Made by a program: the position numbers and the translations under genes. Shown here piece by piece: positions 31,936-32,000 of a DNA stretch of 32,000 nucleotides. The stretch comes from Sinorhizobium meliloti (GTDB taxonomy: Bacteria; Pseudomonadota; Alphaproteobacteria; Rhizobiales; Rhizobiaceae), in the NCBI RefSeq assembly GCF_017876815.1, contig NZ_JAGIOS010000002.1:1470001-1502000 (forward strand), written 5' to 3'. Under the pieces are notes generated by a model. The model was given only the letters and a program-made list of their open reading frames with translations, made no database searches and was not told the origin of the DNA. Numbering within the stretch: position 1 is the stretch's first letter; each line of letters starts with the position of its first letter.

Positions 31936-32000
31936 ATGACGGCGGCAGACGAAGCCGCCGGCTACAACGAGGACAAAATGGGGAACCACATGAACAAGCA
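31936..32000 (+). CDS. 5' end of an unidentified CDS, cut by the window edge
   Basis: ATG 31936 has GAGGAA about 5 nt upstream and the frame stays open to the window end (MTAADEAAGYNEDKMGNHMNK..). Alternative in-frame ATGs are at 31978 and 31990. The sequence is too short to assign. Confidence 0.25.
   Translation, partial: MTAADEAAGYNEDKMGNHMNK

Overview
High-GC alphaproteobacterial segment that looks like a Rhizobiaceae megaplasmid or chromid accessory region. The taxonomic call is inference only, from the protein families, a 1539-aa TraA, a Ti/rhizobial-type oriT and a RIME-like intergenic repeat. Gene order, left to right:
(1) Tail of a Dpp/Opp-type ABC ATPase, a CapA/PGA_cap-like gene and peptidase T.
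(2) A decayed Bug/TctC fragment.
(3) A two-domain LigD (ligase + polymerase) with no Ku in the window.
(4) A Tat-signal Hint-domain protein.
(5) A lower-GC, gene-poor, decayed island (about 6.7-12.4 kb). It holds micro-ORFs, a stray ligase fragment, a secreted thermonuclease-like gene, a doubly frameshifted XRE regulator and small orphan ORFs.
(6) A frameshifted HARP-like gene of unknown function plus a GXWXG/DUF4334 gene.
(7) An intact IS21-family element with istA/istB, multi-repeat ends and a 6-bp target duplication.
(8) An orphan acyl carrier protein.
(9) A stripped-down conjugative DNA-processing module: traD, frameshifted traC, oriT and full-length traA, but no traG or traFBH.
(10) A CoA-transferase translationally coupled to a leaderless SBP-fold gene.
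(11) A RIME-like mosaic repeat, a GH25 lipoprotein muramidase and a GNAT.
(12) A LysR regulator divergent from an argininosuccinate-lyase paralogue coupled to a polar amino-acid ABC permease and ATPase.
I saw no rRNA, tRNA, CRISPR array or canonical defence system. The best novelty candidates are the Tat/Hint self-processing protein, the CoA-transferase/cytoplasmic SBP-fold pair, the LysR-ArgH-like-ABC locus, the HARP-like/DUF4334 pair and the AT-rich micro-ORF island. All family assignments come from reading motifs by eye, not from database searches. Four independent single-base frameshifts occur in recognisable genes, so sequence quality should be checked before biological interpretation.
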